Shown here piece by piece: positions 46,324 through 56,116 of a stretch of DNA of 64,000 nucleotides (the first letter of the stretch is position 1; each line of letters starts with the position of its first letter). The position numbers were made by a program, and so were the translations under genes. Location of the stretch: contig CAYTSO010000003.1 of assembly GCA_964440545.1 (NCBI GenBank), forward strand, positions 35,184 through 99,183. Reading direction: 5' to 3'. The notes beneath the pieces were generated by a model. That model was not told the DNA's origin, did no database searches, and worked only from the letters and a program-made list of their open reading frames with translations. The DNA comes from an uncultured Candidatus Saccharibacteria bacterium (lineage in GTDB: Bacteria > Patescibacteriota > Minisyncoccia > Phycocordibacterales > UBA9973).

Positions 46324-47457
46324 ATGAAAATAGTTTTTACAGGAGGAGGAACAGGCGGACATTTTTACCCGATAGTCGCTGTTGTTCAAAAAGTAAATCG
46401 AATAATTGACGAAGAACACGTAATAGGAGCTAAACTATATTATATTTCCGATAGTCCTTACGACAAGGAGGTGCTCGTTGAAAATGGACTTATTTTTGAG
46501 GAAATTAAAGCTGGGAAAATGCGTACCTATTTTTCCTTAAAAAATTTTTCTGATATTTTTAAAACTATTTATGGAATTGTAAATGCCATCTACAAACTTT
46601 TCACAATCTACCCAGACGTTGTGTTTGGAAAAGGAGGGTATGCGTCATTTCCGACCATTTTTGCCGCTAGGATATTACGCATTCCTGTAATGATTCACGA
46701 ATCAGATTCTGCCCCAGGACGAGTAAATAAATGGGCAGGGAAGTTTGCCAAGAGAGTTGCTGTCTCTTTTGTAGAATGCTTAGATTATTTTCCTAAAAAA
46801 AACACAGCCTGGACAGGCCAGCCAGTGAGAATGGAGATAGAACATAGTGCTTCCCGCAGAGAGGCCCTAGAGTATTTTAAATTGGAAGAAAAACTTCCAA
46901 CCATTGTTGTTTTGGGTGGATCTCAAGGAGCAGAATTGATTAATGATGTAATTTTAGATGCCCTGCCGAGATTATTAAAAAATTATCAGGTCATTCATCA
47001 GACAGGATTAAAGAATTTTAATATAGTTTCCAGGCAGGCCGAAGTGGTTCTGGGTAATGATAAAAATAAAAATCGATATTTGCCTACCGGTTATTTAAAT
47101 CCTTTGCAGCTGAAAATGGCAGCTGGTGCCGCCTCCTTGATTATTTCACGGGCGGGGGCCGGAGGATTATTTGAAATTGCCACCTGGGGTATTCCTTCAA
47201 TTTTAATACCGATAACAAAAACAAATTTGGATCATCAAAGAAAAAATGCTTTTAATTATGCACGGGCGGGAGGTTGCAGTGTGGTGGAAGAAGCAAACTT
47301 AACGGCCAATATTCTCTGTTCAGAGATAGAAAGAATTTTTAATGACAAGGCTGGTTATGAACAAATGGCACAAAATGCCAAGGTCTTTAGTAAGCCTGGA
47401 GCAGCCGAAAAAATCGCTCGCGAATTGGTAAGCATCGCCCTCAAACACGAAAAATAA
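46324..47457 (+). CDS. murG: undecaprenyl-PP-MurNAc-pentapeptide-UDPGlcNAc GlcNAc transferase MurG
   Basis: FTGGGTGGHFYP N-terminus and GT-B C-terminal domain (GGSQGA). Confidence 0.9.
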   Translation: MKIVFTGGGTGGHFYPIVAVVQKVNRIIDEEHVIGAKLYYISDSPYDKEVLVENGLIFEEIKAGKMRTYFSLKNFSDIFKTIYGIVNAIYKLFTIYPDVVFGKGGYASFPTIFAARILRIPVMIHESDSAPGRVNKWAGKFAKRVAVSFVECLDYFPKKNTAWTGQPVRMEIEHSASRREALEYFKLEEKLPTIVVLGGSQGAELINDVILDALPRLLKNYQVIHQTGLKNFNIVSRQAEVVLGNDKNKNRYLPTGYLNPLQLKMAAGAASLIISRAGAGGLFEIATWGIPSILIPITKTNLDHQRKNAFNYARAGGCSVVEEANLTANILCSEIERIFNDKAGYEQMAQNAKVFSKPGAAEKIARELVSIALKHEK

Positions 47458-47475
47458 ACAGAGGGGGGATTTGTA

Positions 47476-47510
47476 GGCCAGCGATGATGCTGGCTTTTTC
47501 TTTTTTTTCT
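47476..47510 (+). terminator. intrinsic terminator after murG
   Basis: GCCAGC-GATGAT-GCTGGC hairpin followed by a T-run of more than 12. Confidence 0.55.
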
Positions 47511-47532
47511 AAATAAATGTTAGAATAGAAAT

Positions 47533-48843
47533 ATGTCAATAAATAAGGTTATAACCAGATTTGCGCCGAGCCCGACAGGTTTTTTGCATTTAGGAAATTA
47601 CCGGACTGCTATTTTTGCGTATCTTTATGCCAAAAAGCACAAGGGCGATTTTGTGCTCCGTATTGAGGACACAGACAAGGAGCGTTCAAAAAAAGAATAC
47701 GAAGATAACATAATGGAAAGTTTATACTGGCTGGGTCTTGCTCACAATAAATTTTATAGACAATCAGAAAATATTGAAAGACATAAATTTTATTTGGAAA
47801 AAATGATTAAAGAGGGGAGTGCCTATGTTTCAAAAGAGGAAGCCAAGGACGACAGTGGAATCATTAAGGAAATTATTAGATTCAAAAACCCCAACATTGA
47901 TGTAAGCTTTAAGGACGAAATAAAAGGAGAGGTCACTATGAACACCAAGGATCTGGGTGACTTCGTTATTGCCCGAAACATAAATGAACCACTTTTCCAT
48001 TTAGCCGTCGTGGTGGATGATTTTGAGGAAGGAATTACGCATGTGATAAGGGGAGAAGATCATGTTTCAAACACGCCCCGTCAGATATTAATTCAACGTG
48101 CCATCGGCGCTTCGACCCCTATCTATGCCCATCTTCCACTTGTCCTGGGCCCCGATAAGTTAAAACTTTCCAAGCGCAGAGGAGCGCTTTCTCTGACTGA
48201 ATATAAAAATCGGGGATATTTACCCGAGGCAATTTTAAACGGAGTGGCTTTTATTGGGTGGAACCCCGGAACCGATCAAGAAATTTTTACCCGAGATGAA
48301 TTAATAAAAGCCTTCGATTTGCCGCGTGTACAAAAAAGCCCTGCTATTTTTAACGAGGAAAAATTGGAATGGTTCAACAAGGAACACATGAAATTGCTTC
48401 CCAAAAAAGAAATTGAAAAAAATATTTTTGCTTGGCTACCGACAGAATTACAAAAACCAAAACTAATTCCAATTATTTTTGAAAGAATAAATAAATGGAG
48501 TGATATAAAGACCATGGTGCAAGCAGGGGAGTTGGATTTCTTTTACAAGCAACCAAGGTATTCCAAAGAAAAATTAATTTTTAAGAGTGTGCCACCAGAA
48601 AAGATATCAGAAAATTTAAGGCGAGCAATAAATGCCTTAGAAAAAATGGAAGGAAGTGATTTCGACGAACAAAACGTTAAAAATACTCTTATGTCAATAG
48701 CAGAAAAATTAGAAAGCAGGGGAGAGCTACTTCACCCAATACGTTATGCTCTTTCTGGATTAGACAAATCACCCGATCCTTTTATTATCGCCTCAATTTT
48801 AGGTAAAAATGAAACAATTTCAAGATTACAAAAAGCTATATAA
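47533..48843 (+). CDS. gltX: glutamate--tRNA ligase
   Basis: RFAPSPTGFLHLGNYRTA (HIGH), LRIEDTDKERS, KLSKR. Confidence 0.9.
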   Translation: MSINKVITRFAPSPTGFLHLGNYRTAIFAYLYAKKHKGDFVLRIEDTDKERSKKEYEDNIMESLYWLGLAHNKFYRQSENIERHKFYLEKMIKEGSAYVSKEEAKDDSGIIKEIIRFKNPNIDVSFKDEIKGEVTMNTKDLGDFVIARNINEPLFHLAVVVDDFEEGITHVIRGEDHVSNTPRQILIQRAIGASTPIYAHLPLVLGPDKLKLSKRRGALSLTEYKNRGYLPEAILNGVAFIGWNPGTDQEIFTRDELIKAFDLPRVQKSPAIFNEEKLEWFNKEHMKLLPKKEIEKNIFAWLPTELQKPKLIPIIFERINKWSDIKTMVQAGELDFFYKQPRYSKEKLIFKSVPPEKISENLRRAINALEKMEGSDFDEQNVKNTLMSIAEKLESRGELLHPIRYALSGLDKSPDPFIIASILGKNETISRLQKAI

Positions 48844-48844
48844 T

Positions 48845-50086
48845 ATGGCCCTTCTGGCAGTTGTTTTATTGCTTCCTGTTGCTTTTCCTTTGGCGCAAAA
48901 TGCTTCGGAAATTAGAAATAAAATGGCAGAAAAGGATGCTGAAATAAGAGAATTAGAACAGGAGATAGCTAGTTATCAGTCGGAGCTTTATAGTTTGGGT
49001 GAACAAAAGGACTCTCTAGACAAATCACTAAAAGAGCTTGATTTAACCAAAAAAAAGCTGAACGCGGATATCTCTATTACTGAAAATAAAATTGATAAAA
49101 CAAATTTGAAAATTCAAAACCTTAGTCAGGACATAGGGACAAAAGAAGACTCTATTTTAAACAACACTGATGCCATTTCCTTGGGAATAAAAGAAATAAA
49201 CGAGTTCGAAAATGAAAGTATTTTAGAAAACATTCTTTCCAATGAAGATTTTTCGACGACCTGGAATGATATTGACAATGCGATGACTGTTCGAGAAAAA
49301 ATTAGAAATAGGACTATTGAGTTAAAACAAATAAAAGGAGAGCTGGAAGATACCAGAGAAGAAACTATTGAGGCAAAAAATGAATTAATTAGCCTAAAGA
49401 CTAAGCTAGCCGATCAAAAAAAGATAGTTGAGCAAAACGCCGATGAGAAGAAGAAACTTTTAGAACAAACAAAAAACAATGAAGCCAATTATCAAAAAAT
49501 GCTACAGGATCGAATAGCTCAAAAGGATGCTCTAGAAAAGGAGCTCCGTGATTATGAGGAACAACTTAAATACATTTTAGATCCCTCAACCTTGCCTGGT
49601 GCTGGGGTATTTTCTTGGCCACTTGATTCAATTTTAGTAACATCGCCCTTTGGGCCACGCTGGGGGAGTTTTCATCGCGGGGTGGACTTTCGAGCCTCAG
49701 TCGGTACTCCAGTAAAAGCTATGGCTGGTGGAGTTGTAACTGGCACAGGAAATACTGATTCCCAATGCCCAGGTGCCTCCTTGGGCGGATTTGTGCTTAT
49801 AAAGTACGACAATGGTTTATCTGGCACCTATGGGCACCTTTCATTAATAAAGGTAAAGAAGGGGCAGAGGGTTTCAAGGGGTCAAATTGTTGCTTATAGC
49901 GGAAATACTGGCTATTCTACGGGTCCGCACTTGCATGTTTCTGTTTATGCCCCAAATGCCGTAAAAATAGAGAGTATTCCAAGTAAAACCTGCCCAGGCA
50001 AGGTATTGACTTTGCCGGTAGCGGCAACGAATGCTTATCTTGATCCAATGTATTATCTGCCATCTTCTTATGAGGTAAAAAGGTAG
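48845..50086 (+). CDS. M23-family peptidoglycan endopeptidase with N-terminal coiled coil (EnvC-like)
   Basis: Signal/TM segment, then a ~250-aa coiled coil, then HRGVDF...GYSTGPHLHVSV (M23 HxxxD / HxH). ATG at 48845 follows the gltX stop. The track start at 48809 overlaps gltX. Confidence 0.8.
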   Translation: MALLAVVLLLPVAFPLAQNASEIRNKMAEKDAEIRELEQEIASYQSELYSLGEQKDSLDKSLKELDLTKKKLNADISITENKIDKTNLKIQNLSQDIGTKEDSILNNTDAISLGIKEINEFENESILENILSNEDFSTTWNDIDNAMTVREKIRNRTIELKQIKGELEDTREETIEAKNELISLKTKLADQKKIVEQNADEKKKLLEQTKNNEANYQKMLQDRIAQKDALEKELRDYEEQLKYILDPSTLPGAGVFSWPLDSILVTSPFGPRWGSFHRGVDFRASVGTPVKAMAGGVVTGTGNTDSQCPGASLGGFVLIKYDNGLSGTYGHLSLIKVKKGQRVSRGQIVAYSGNTGYSTGPHLHVSVYAPNAVKIESIPSKTCPGKVLTLPVAATNAYLDPMYYLPSSYEVKR

Positions 50087-50132
50087 TTAAATTATTGTAT
50101 TAATAAATATCCCGTGATAAAATATTCATAAT

Positions 50133-50300
50133 ATGAAAAATCAAATAAAAAACCAAAAGAGTGGCTTTATTCAAATAATAATTTTAATAATTGTTGTTCT
50201 TATCCTGATGAAGTATTTTGGAATAAGCATCCCTGATATTATTGACTGGATAGCCGGACTTTTTCAGTGGGTAGCGGACTTCCTAAGAAACCTATTTTAA
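50133..50300 (+). CDS. possible 55-aa single-TM small protein
   Basis: Hand-translated MKNQIKNQKSGFIQIIILIIVVLILMKYFGISIPDIIDWIAGLFQWVADFLRNLF. Too short for the track. No RBS checked. Confidence 0.25.
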   Translation: MKNQIKNQKSGFIQIIILIIVVLILMKYFGISIPDIIDWIAGLFQWVADFLRNLF

Positions 50301-50365
50301 ATTATAACCTCAAGATTGTCCTACCAGAACGTACCGCAACATATATTGTGCGACACACTGATATT

Positions 50366-50743
50366 TTATTTACATCCGCTAGAAAGCGTATATCCAGCCC
50401 TTTCTGCCTCTTCCCCTGTCGCAAAATAGATCCGATTCTCTTGTTTGATAGTTTTGCCCGCAGAACAGCTTATCGTGTAGTATTTTGTGCCACGACTTGA
50501 AGCAAAAAAGGTTTTTGTCATTGGATTAGAATTTTGAACCGTATTAACAAATTCCGAGGCCGAAATAACACTTGCCACCTGATTGTTGTTTTTGTCAGTA
50601 TATTCAATTTTTAACCCTGAGGGTTCACTTTTCTTTGATAGTCTACCTAGCTCAAAGGACCCTATTCCAACTAAAATTACTATAAAAATAGTTAATAAAT
50701 CCTTTCCTTTTTCATTTTCGATAAATCGCTTGATTTTTTGCAT
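50366..50743 (-). CDS. membrane-anchored hypothetical protein with C-terminal Cys-pair domain
   Basis: N-terminal TM helix. C-terminal YYTISCSAG...YFATGEEAERAGYTLSSGCK. Confidence 0.4.
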   Translation of the reverse strand: MQKIKRFIENEKGKDLLTIFIVILVGIGSFELGRLSKKSEPSGLKIEYTDKNNNQVASVISASEFVNTVQNSNPMTKTFFASSRGTKYYTISCSAGKTIKQENRIYFATGEEAERAGYTLSSGCK

Positions 50744-50790
50744 ATAATTGTTTATACTCTAATTGCACTAAATTATATCATTAAAAAAAT

Positions 50791-51063
50791 ATGGCACATA
50801 GAAAAGCTGGCGGTACTGCTAAAAACTTAAGAGACTCGCAACCCAAATACCTTGGAATAAAGCTTGCCGATGGTCAGAAGGCCCAAGCTGGCTCTGTAAT
50901 CGTAAGACAACGAGGCACTGCTATTCTGGCTGGTACAAACGTATCTACGGGTAAGGATCATACCCTGTTTGCCCTAAAAGACGGAACAGTAAAATTTGGT
51001 TCAAAACGAAAAATTTCCTTTAATGGGAAGACTACTACCAAAAAAATAGTTAATGTGAACTAA
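50791..51063 (+). CDS. rpmA: 50S ribosomal protein L27
   Basis: [24 protein letters not shown]...VRQRGT...[15 protein letters not shown]. Confidence 0.95.
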   Translation: MAHRKAGGTAKNLRDSQPKYLGIKLADGQKAQAGSVIVRQRGTAILAGTNVSTGKDHTLFALKDGTVKFGSKRKISFNGKTTTKKIVNVN

Positions 51064-51092
51064 AAAATCCCCAGACGGGGATTTTTTAGTTT
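51064..51092. terminator. bidirectional intrinsic terminator between rpmA and rplI
   Basis: AAAAAATCCCC-AGA-CGGGGATTTTTT. Confidence 0.6.
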
Positions 51093-51550
51093 TTTTCTAT
51101 AATAAGTTTAAAGGAAGATTTTTTACTTGTTCCACCCCTTGTTGCTGTTTTTACCATAACGGGTATCTCATACTCCCCTACTTCTTTGATGGGTTTTTCT
51201 AGAACGATAGAATCCTCGCTGATGTCAACGTGATTTTGTTTTTTCATTTCCTCGACTATCTCGTTTTTGTTGATTCCGGAAAATAGATGACCTTTTTCGT
51301 CTGTTTTAGTTTTTATGTTTAACATCATGCCTTTTATTTCTTCAAGGTTTTTTAACAGAAGTTCTTCTTGTATTTCTTTTTCAATTTCTATGCTTTTTTT
51401 TCTTTTTTCAAGCTCTGCGATAGCTTTTGGGGTTGCTAATTCACCCAACATTCTTGGAATTAAAAAGTTCATGGCATAGCCGTCATTTACTTCCTTAACA
51501 TCATATCTTTTCCCTACCCTTGGCACATCATGTAAAAATATTACGCGCAT
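51086..51550 (-). CDS. rplI: 50S ribosomal protein L9
   Basis: MRVIFLHDVPRVGKRYDVKEVNDGYAMNFLIP. Confidence 0.9.
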   Translation of the reverse strand: MRVIFLHDVPRVGKRYDVKEVNDGYAMNFLIPRMLGELATPKAIAELEKRKKSIEIEKEIQEELLLKNLEEIKGMMLNIKTKTDEKGHLFSGINKNEIVEEMKKQNHVDISEDSIVLEKPIKEVGEYEIPVMVKTATRGGTSKKSSFKLIIEKN

Positions 51551-51560
51551 TTTTGTATTG

Positions 51561-52772
51561 TTATTCTAATAATAATTCTATGGCCTTGTTCATTTGTGAA
51601 TCTGTTTTATTTTCCATGTCTTTTTCAGTATTTTCTACCAGGTAATCTGGAGTTAATCCTTTTTCGGAAATGGAGGTCCCGTTAGGTGTTAACCATTTTG
51701 CGACGGTAATTTTTAAGACAGTGTCTGAAGTGATGTTTACAACTTCCTGAATAGACCCTTTTCCAAAGCTCTGGGTGCCGACGAGTTTCGCTATTCCATT
51801 GTCTTGTAGTGCCCCGGCCAGAATTTCCGAGGCAGAAGCAGAGCCCCCATCAATTAAGATGATCATACTTAGTTTATTGTCAAAAAGATCGTATCCCTTA
51901 CTTCTGAATATTTCCGACTCTCTGTTGTCTCCATAATCTTCGGTTACCACAACTTTCCCTCCTTTTAAAAACCAACTTGCCATATCTACAGCTGCCTCTA
52001 AATATCCTCCTGGATTCCCTCTTAGGTCAAGTAAAAGTTTGTTTTTTCCGCTGTTGTAAAATTCCTTAATGGCATTTCGGAAAAGACCCGCTGAGTTTGC
52101 TGAAAAACTATATAATTTAATTACAAAAATTCCATCCTTTCTAACTTCCGTATCAAGGGTGGGAAAATTAATGGTATCTCTTATGATTTCAATTTCCTTC
52201 GGTTGTTCTATGCCTTCTCGATATATTGTAAGAATTACCGGTGTTCCTTTAGAGCCACGCATTAATTTAATTGCGCTATCAATCGTTAGTCCGGTGGTCA
52301 CAGTGTCGTCAATTTTGAGAATTCTATCTCCCGACCGAATATCCGCCCTGAAAGCCGGAGTATCCTTAAGTGGTGCTACTACCGTAAGTATTTTATCCTT
52401 CATTCCTACTTCTATGCCAATCCCGTCAAAATTACCAGCAATTTCTTCCTCAAAAAGTTTAGTTTCTTCGGGGTTAAAAAATATAGTGTAGGGGTCATCC
52501 AATGAGCTTACCAGACCCGAGATCGCCCCATAAACCCTGTCCTGGTTTGATGTTTTGCTTGCTTCGGGGTGTTTCTCGTCCATAATGTTCCAGGTTTTCC
52601 AAAATGGCGAAAAATCAGTTTGGCTTGTTACTTGAGAATCCATGTCTAAAACCCCAATAACCTTTTCTGTTTCTGAGCGATTGTGGTTTCCAACATAGAT
52701 GCCTAAGACAAAAAAAGCACACACAAATAAAATAGTTATAGAAAAATATCTTGTTTTGGAAAAATTTTCCAT
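51561..52772 (-). CDS. carboxyl-terminal processing protease (S41, with PDZ)
   Basis: N-terminal TM helix, PDZ domain (GIGIEVG...GDRILKIDD), LDLRGNPGGYL and GGSASASEILAGAL catalytic region. Confidence 0.85.
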   Translation of the reverse strand: MENFSKTRYFSITILFVCAFFVLGIYVGNHNRSETEKVIGVLDMDSQVTSQTDFSPFWKTWNIMDEKHPEASKTSNQDRVYGAISGLVSSLDDPYTIFFNPEETKLFEEEIAGNFDGIGIEVGMKDKILTVVAPLKDTPAFRADIRSGDRILKIDDTVTTGLTIDSAIKLMRGSKGTPVILTIYREGIEQPKEIEIIRDTINFPTLDTEVRKDGIFVIKLYSFSANSAGLFRNAIKEFYNSGKNKLLLDLRGNPGGYLEAAVDMASWFLKGGKVVVTEDYGDNRESEIFRSKGYDLFDNKLSMIILIDGGSASASEILAGALQDNGIAKLVGTQSFGKGSIQEVVNITSDTVLKITVAKWLTPNGTSISEKGLTPDYLVENTEKDMENKTDSQMNKAIELLLE

Positions 52773-52785
52773 CAGTTTTTGTTTT

Positions 52786-53055
52786 TTAATTTATATTTTC
52801 CAGTGATCCTTCGGAGATATTTTTATCCTCTTTTTCGTGAAAATCATGATTTTCGCTGAAATTGTCAAAAGTTTTTCTTTGGCTTATCTTCTTTTTAGAA
52901 TTCTCGTGGTACATAGCGTAACCAAAATAAATTAGGATTAATCCAGAAAGAGTAAATAAAATATTTCTCCAAAAGGAAGGAAAGCCCAAATACGGCAATA
53001 CCGCTATCCATACCCCAAAGATAAAAAGTGTTCTTGCTTTATTCATGAAGCTCAT
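52786..53055 (-). CDS. small two-TM membrane protein
   Basis: 89 aa with two hydrophobic helices and a polar tail. Confidence 0.35.
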   Translation of the reverse strand: MSFMNKARTLFIFGVWIAVLPYLGFPSFWRNILFTLSGLILIYFGYAMYHENSKKKISQRKTFDNFSENHDFHEKEDKNISEGSLENIN

Positions 53056-53111
53056 TATATCAATAATAATAAATTAATGCAAAAAACTATAACATTGGTT
53101 AGGCAATATAT

Positions 53112-54815
53112 TTAAGACACTTGTTCAAAGTATTCTGGCGTATTTATAAACATCCAATCAAGGAGTTGACGCATTACAGAGGTAGCACCGACTGTGTTCG
53201 TATTAGGTCCTGCTTCCATTATTACAGCGAAGGCATATTTAGGTTTTTCGTAAGGGAAAAAACCAATAACCCAGGAATTTACTTTATTCTTAGCAACGCC
53301 AATTTGAGCAGTTCCCGTTTTCGCAGCTACTTTAACATAAGGTACATCTAAAGAACTTGCTGTGCCAGAAGTAACTGCCATTTTCATCCCTTCGTGAACT
53401 AGATCGAAATATTTACTATCAAAATCCATTACAAAAAACGCTTTTTCTTTTTCAAAATCGCTCAATATAAAATGTGGAGTTAGTAATTTTCCATAATTCG
53501 CAATTGCTGCTACCGCGCGAACCATTTCCATTGGGGTTACTTGAAAACCGTATTGTCCGATAGCGGTATGGTATGTATCTCCCACCCGCCATGGATCACC
53601 ATTAAAATTTTCCTCTTTCCATTTTGGGTTTGGTATGGTGCCACTTGTTTCGTCTGGTAAATCAACGCCAGTTTTTTCTCCAAGCTTAAAAAAATTGGCA
53701 TATTTTTCAAGATTTGTTATTCCTAGCCCCTTTTGGTCCTCATAACCACCACCAATTTCATAAAAATAGATGTCTGAAGAAACAGCAATTGCTTCCATCA
53801 TGTTCGTCCAACCATTTACTTGCCAGTCCTTGAAAATAGTTTTTTGGTCTGGAAAATATGGATTTGGAATTGATATAGAGCCAGTAGAAAGAATTTCTTT
53901 ATATGGGTCGATAATATTTTCCGCCAAAGCAGCTAAAGCGAAAATTGGTTTAACAATAGATCCAGGAGTATATAGACCAGAAATATTTCTATCTAAAAAA
54001 ACTTTTCTTTTGTCCGACAGATAACCGCTGATTTCCGATACATCTTTCCCAATTGAAAGAATTTCTGAATTATATTCGGGGAAACTTGTTGAGACGAGAA
54101 TTTCTCCATTTTCTGTATCCATAATTATACCTGCTCCCCCGGTAAAACCCCTGCTTTCTGAAAGCTCCTGAATAAGAATGAATAGTTCTTTTTGAATCCT
54201 TGAATCAATGGTCGTCACTAGATCTGTACCGGGCCTGGGCGTATTAATCATATTTTCTGAATAAACTTCACCCAAAGCGTCCATTTCAATTATTTTAGCC
54301 CCGTTTTCACCTTTCAGTACATCATTATATTGCTTTTCTAGGCCATCCTTGCCAATAAATTCCCCTTGCCAATAATTACCGGAACTGTCCTTTGTTGGAT
54401 AGCTTACATATCCAAGCAGGTGCGAAAATCCAGGTGATAAATATGATCGAATTGGAATGGGACTCTCCTCGTCCTTTTTATTCCAAATTAGCTCTGCCTT
54501 ATTGCGATCATAAACCATTCCCCTGTCTGTAAATATAATTGCTTTTTCTAATACATTGTTTTGACTTCTTTCAAAATAAGCTTCACCTTTTTGAATTTGT
54601 AGATAACCCAAACGACTACTAAAAATTCCCATAAAAAATAAAAACAAAAAACCAAGCAACCAGATAGTTTTTTTTGGAATAGGTTTTTCTATGCGTCCCT
54701 CAAATTGCTGACGATCAAAATTCTGTAAATTTTTTGAATCAAGAAAAATTTCGTCTGGTTCTACGAGGGAATTTTTATTTCTTAATTTATTTTTCCTTAT
54801 GAATCTTGTAATCAT
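53112..54815 (-). CDS. penicillin-binding protein 2 / FtsI-type transpeptidase
   Basis: N-terminal TM helix, then GSIVKP (SxxK), SSD (SxN) and KTGTAQ (KTG). Confidence 0.85.
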   Translation of the reverse strand: MITRFIRKNKLRNKNSLVEPDEIFLDSKNLQNFDRQQFEGRIEKPIPKKTIWLLGFLFLFFMGIFSSRLGYLQIQKGEAYFERSQNNVLEKAIIFTDRGMVYDRNKAELIWNKKDEESPIPIRSYLSPGFSHLLGYVSYPTKDSSGNYWQGEFIGKDGLEKQYNDVLKGENGAKIIEMDALGEVYSENMINTPRPGTDLVTTIDSRIQKELFILIQELSESRGFTGGAGIIMDTENGEILVSTSFPEYNSEILSIGKDVSEISGYLSDKRKVFLDRNISGLYTPGSIVKPIFALAALAENIIDPYKEILSTGSISIPNPYFPDQKTIFKDWQVNGWTNMMEAIAVSSDIYFYEIGGGYEDQKGLGITNLEKYANFFKLGEKTGVDLPDETSGTIPNPKWKEENFNGDPWRVGDTYHTAIGQYGFQVTPMEMVRAVAAIANYGKLLTPHFILSDFEKEKAFFVMDFDSKYFDLVHEGMKMAVTSGTASSLDVPYVKVAAKTGTAQIGVAKNKVNSWVIGFFPYEKPKYAFAVIMEAGPNTNTVGATSVMRQLLDWMFINTPEYFEQVS

Positions 54816-55078
54816 GATCTATAAAATTTTAATTTCTTTTTTAATGCTTCAATTGCCAGAAGCACTATCGTTGCAATAATAGAGGAAACAAAAACAACCC
54901 CTTGAAATCTTATCTCCCCTACCCCGTAAAGAAAATCTGACAAAAGGAGTAAAACAACCGCTTCCCAAAAAATAGAAAAATAAAACATTCCAGCAAGAAC
55001 TAGCAAAATTGTTAGCCAGAAAGGCATAAAAAGTACAGAAAACAAAACTAAAATTACGGCCGAAATTCTGATTAACAT
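54812..55078 (-). CDS. small membrane protein immediately upstream of PBP2 (possibly MreD-like)
   Basis: 88 aa with three hydrophobic helices and a 4-nt overlap with the PBP2 start. The position matches MreD in mreBCD-mrdA operons, but the sequence is not diagnostic. Confidence 0.3.
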   Translation of the reverse strand: MLIRISAVILVLFSVLFMPFWLTILLVLAGMFYFSIFWEAVVLLLLSDFLYGVGEIRFQGVVFVSSIIATIVLLAIEALKKKLKFYRS

Positions 55079-55133
55079 ATTTCTATCTTACCTGTTTTCT
55101 CCCAAAAATTCCACTTTTTGATATAATAATCTC

Positions 55134-56111
55134 ATGAAGAAGATTGTGACTATTGGCGGAGGAACCGGGAGTTTTACAACTCTCTCTGGATTAAAAAATC
55201 TTTCAGATGTCTCTCTGACAGCCCTTGTTTCCATGGCAGATGATGGTGGATCTACTGGTGTATTGCGAGATGAACTTGGTGTATTGCCTCCTGGGGACGT
55301 TAGGCAATGTTTAGTAGCCCTTTCTGAACATACTGATATTGTGCGAAAATTAATAAGTTATCGATTCGGTGAAGGAACATTGAAGGGGCATAGTTTTGGA
55401 AATATTTTTTTAGCGGCCTTAGAAAAAGTTACCGGCGATTTTGTAAAAGGTGTAGAAGTTGCGTCAGAAATTCTAAAAATTAAGGGAAAGGTAATACCTG
55501 TCACTAGCAACAAAGCCACTCTTTCAATCTTGCTCTCAGATGGAGCCCTTATAGAGGGTGAAGATAAAATTAACCATTCGGACCTAGAAAAAATTGGTAT
55601 CAAAAGAATTTTTTACCGAGACAATGTTGAGATAAACGAAAATGCTCAAAAGGCAATTCTAGAAGCAGATTATATTATTTTAGGTCCAGGAAATTACTAT
55701 TGTTCCATAATTCCTAATCTTATTGTTCAGGGTTTTCAAGAATCAATTATAAAAAGCAAGGCCAAAATTATATTACCTATAAATCTTACAAATAAATTAG
55801 GTCACACCATGCACTGGAAAGCCAGTAATTATGTAAATGATATAGAAAAATATCTTGGAAGATTAGTAGATATTATTTTGGTTAATAATGAAATGCCGTC
55901 CGAGGAACAACTAGAAAACTATAAATTAAAGGAGGGCGAAGGCGTGTTGGTTGAAGACGACTTTAAGGATAGTCGAGTTATTAGAGAGCCCTTATTGTCC
56001 CACGCGCTTATTGTTTATGACAAATCAGATGTTGTTCAAGACATACGGAGTTTTGTTCGTCACGATTCAGAAAAATTCGCAAACTGCATAAATGGCATTA
56101 TTAACAAATAG
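55134..56111 (+). CDS. YvcK/CofD-like (UPF0052) gluconeogenesis-factor family protein
   Basis: IGGGTGSFTTLSGL...MADDGGSTGVLRDE..PPGDVRQCLVAL. Confidence 0.85.
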   Translation: MKKIVTIGGGTGSFTTLSGLKNLSDVSLTALVSMADDGGSTGVLRDELGVLPPGDVRQCLVALSEHTDIVRKLISYRFGEGTLKGHSFGNIFLAALEKVTGDFVKGVEVASEILKIKGKVIPVTSNKATLSILLSDGALIEGEDKINHSDLEKIGIKRIFYRDNVEINENAQKAILEADYIILGPGNYYCSIIPNLIVQGFQESIIKSKAKIILPINLTNKLGHTMHWKASNYVNDIEKYLGRLVDIILVNNEMPSEEQLENYKLKEGEGVLVEDDFKDSRVIREPLLSHALIVYDKSDVVQDIRSFVRHDSEKFANCINGIINK

Positions 56112-56116
56112 AAAGT

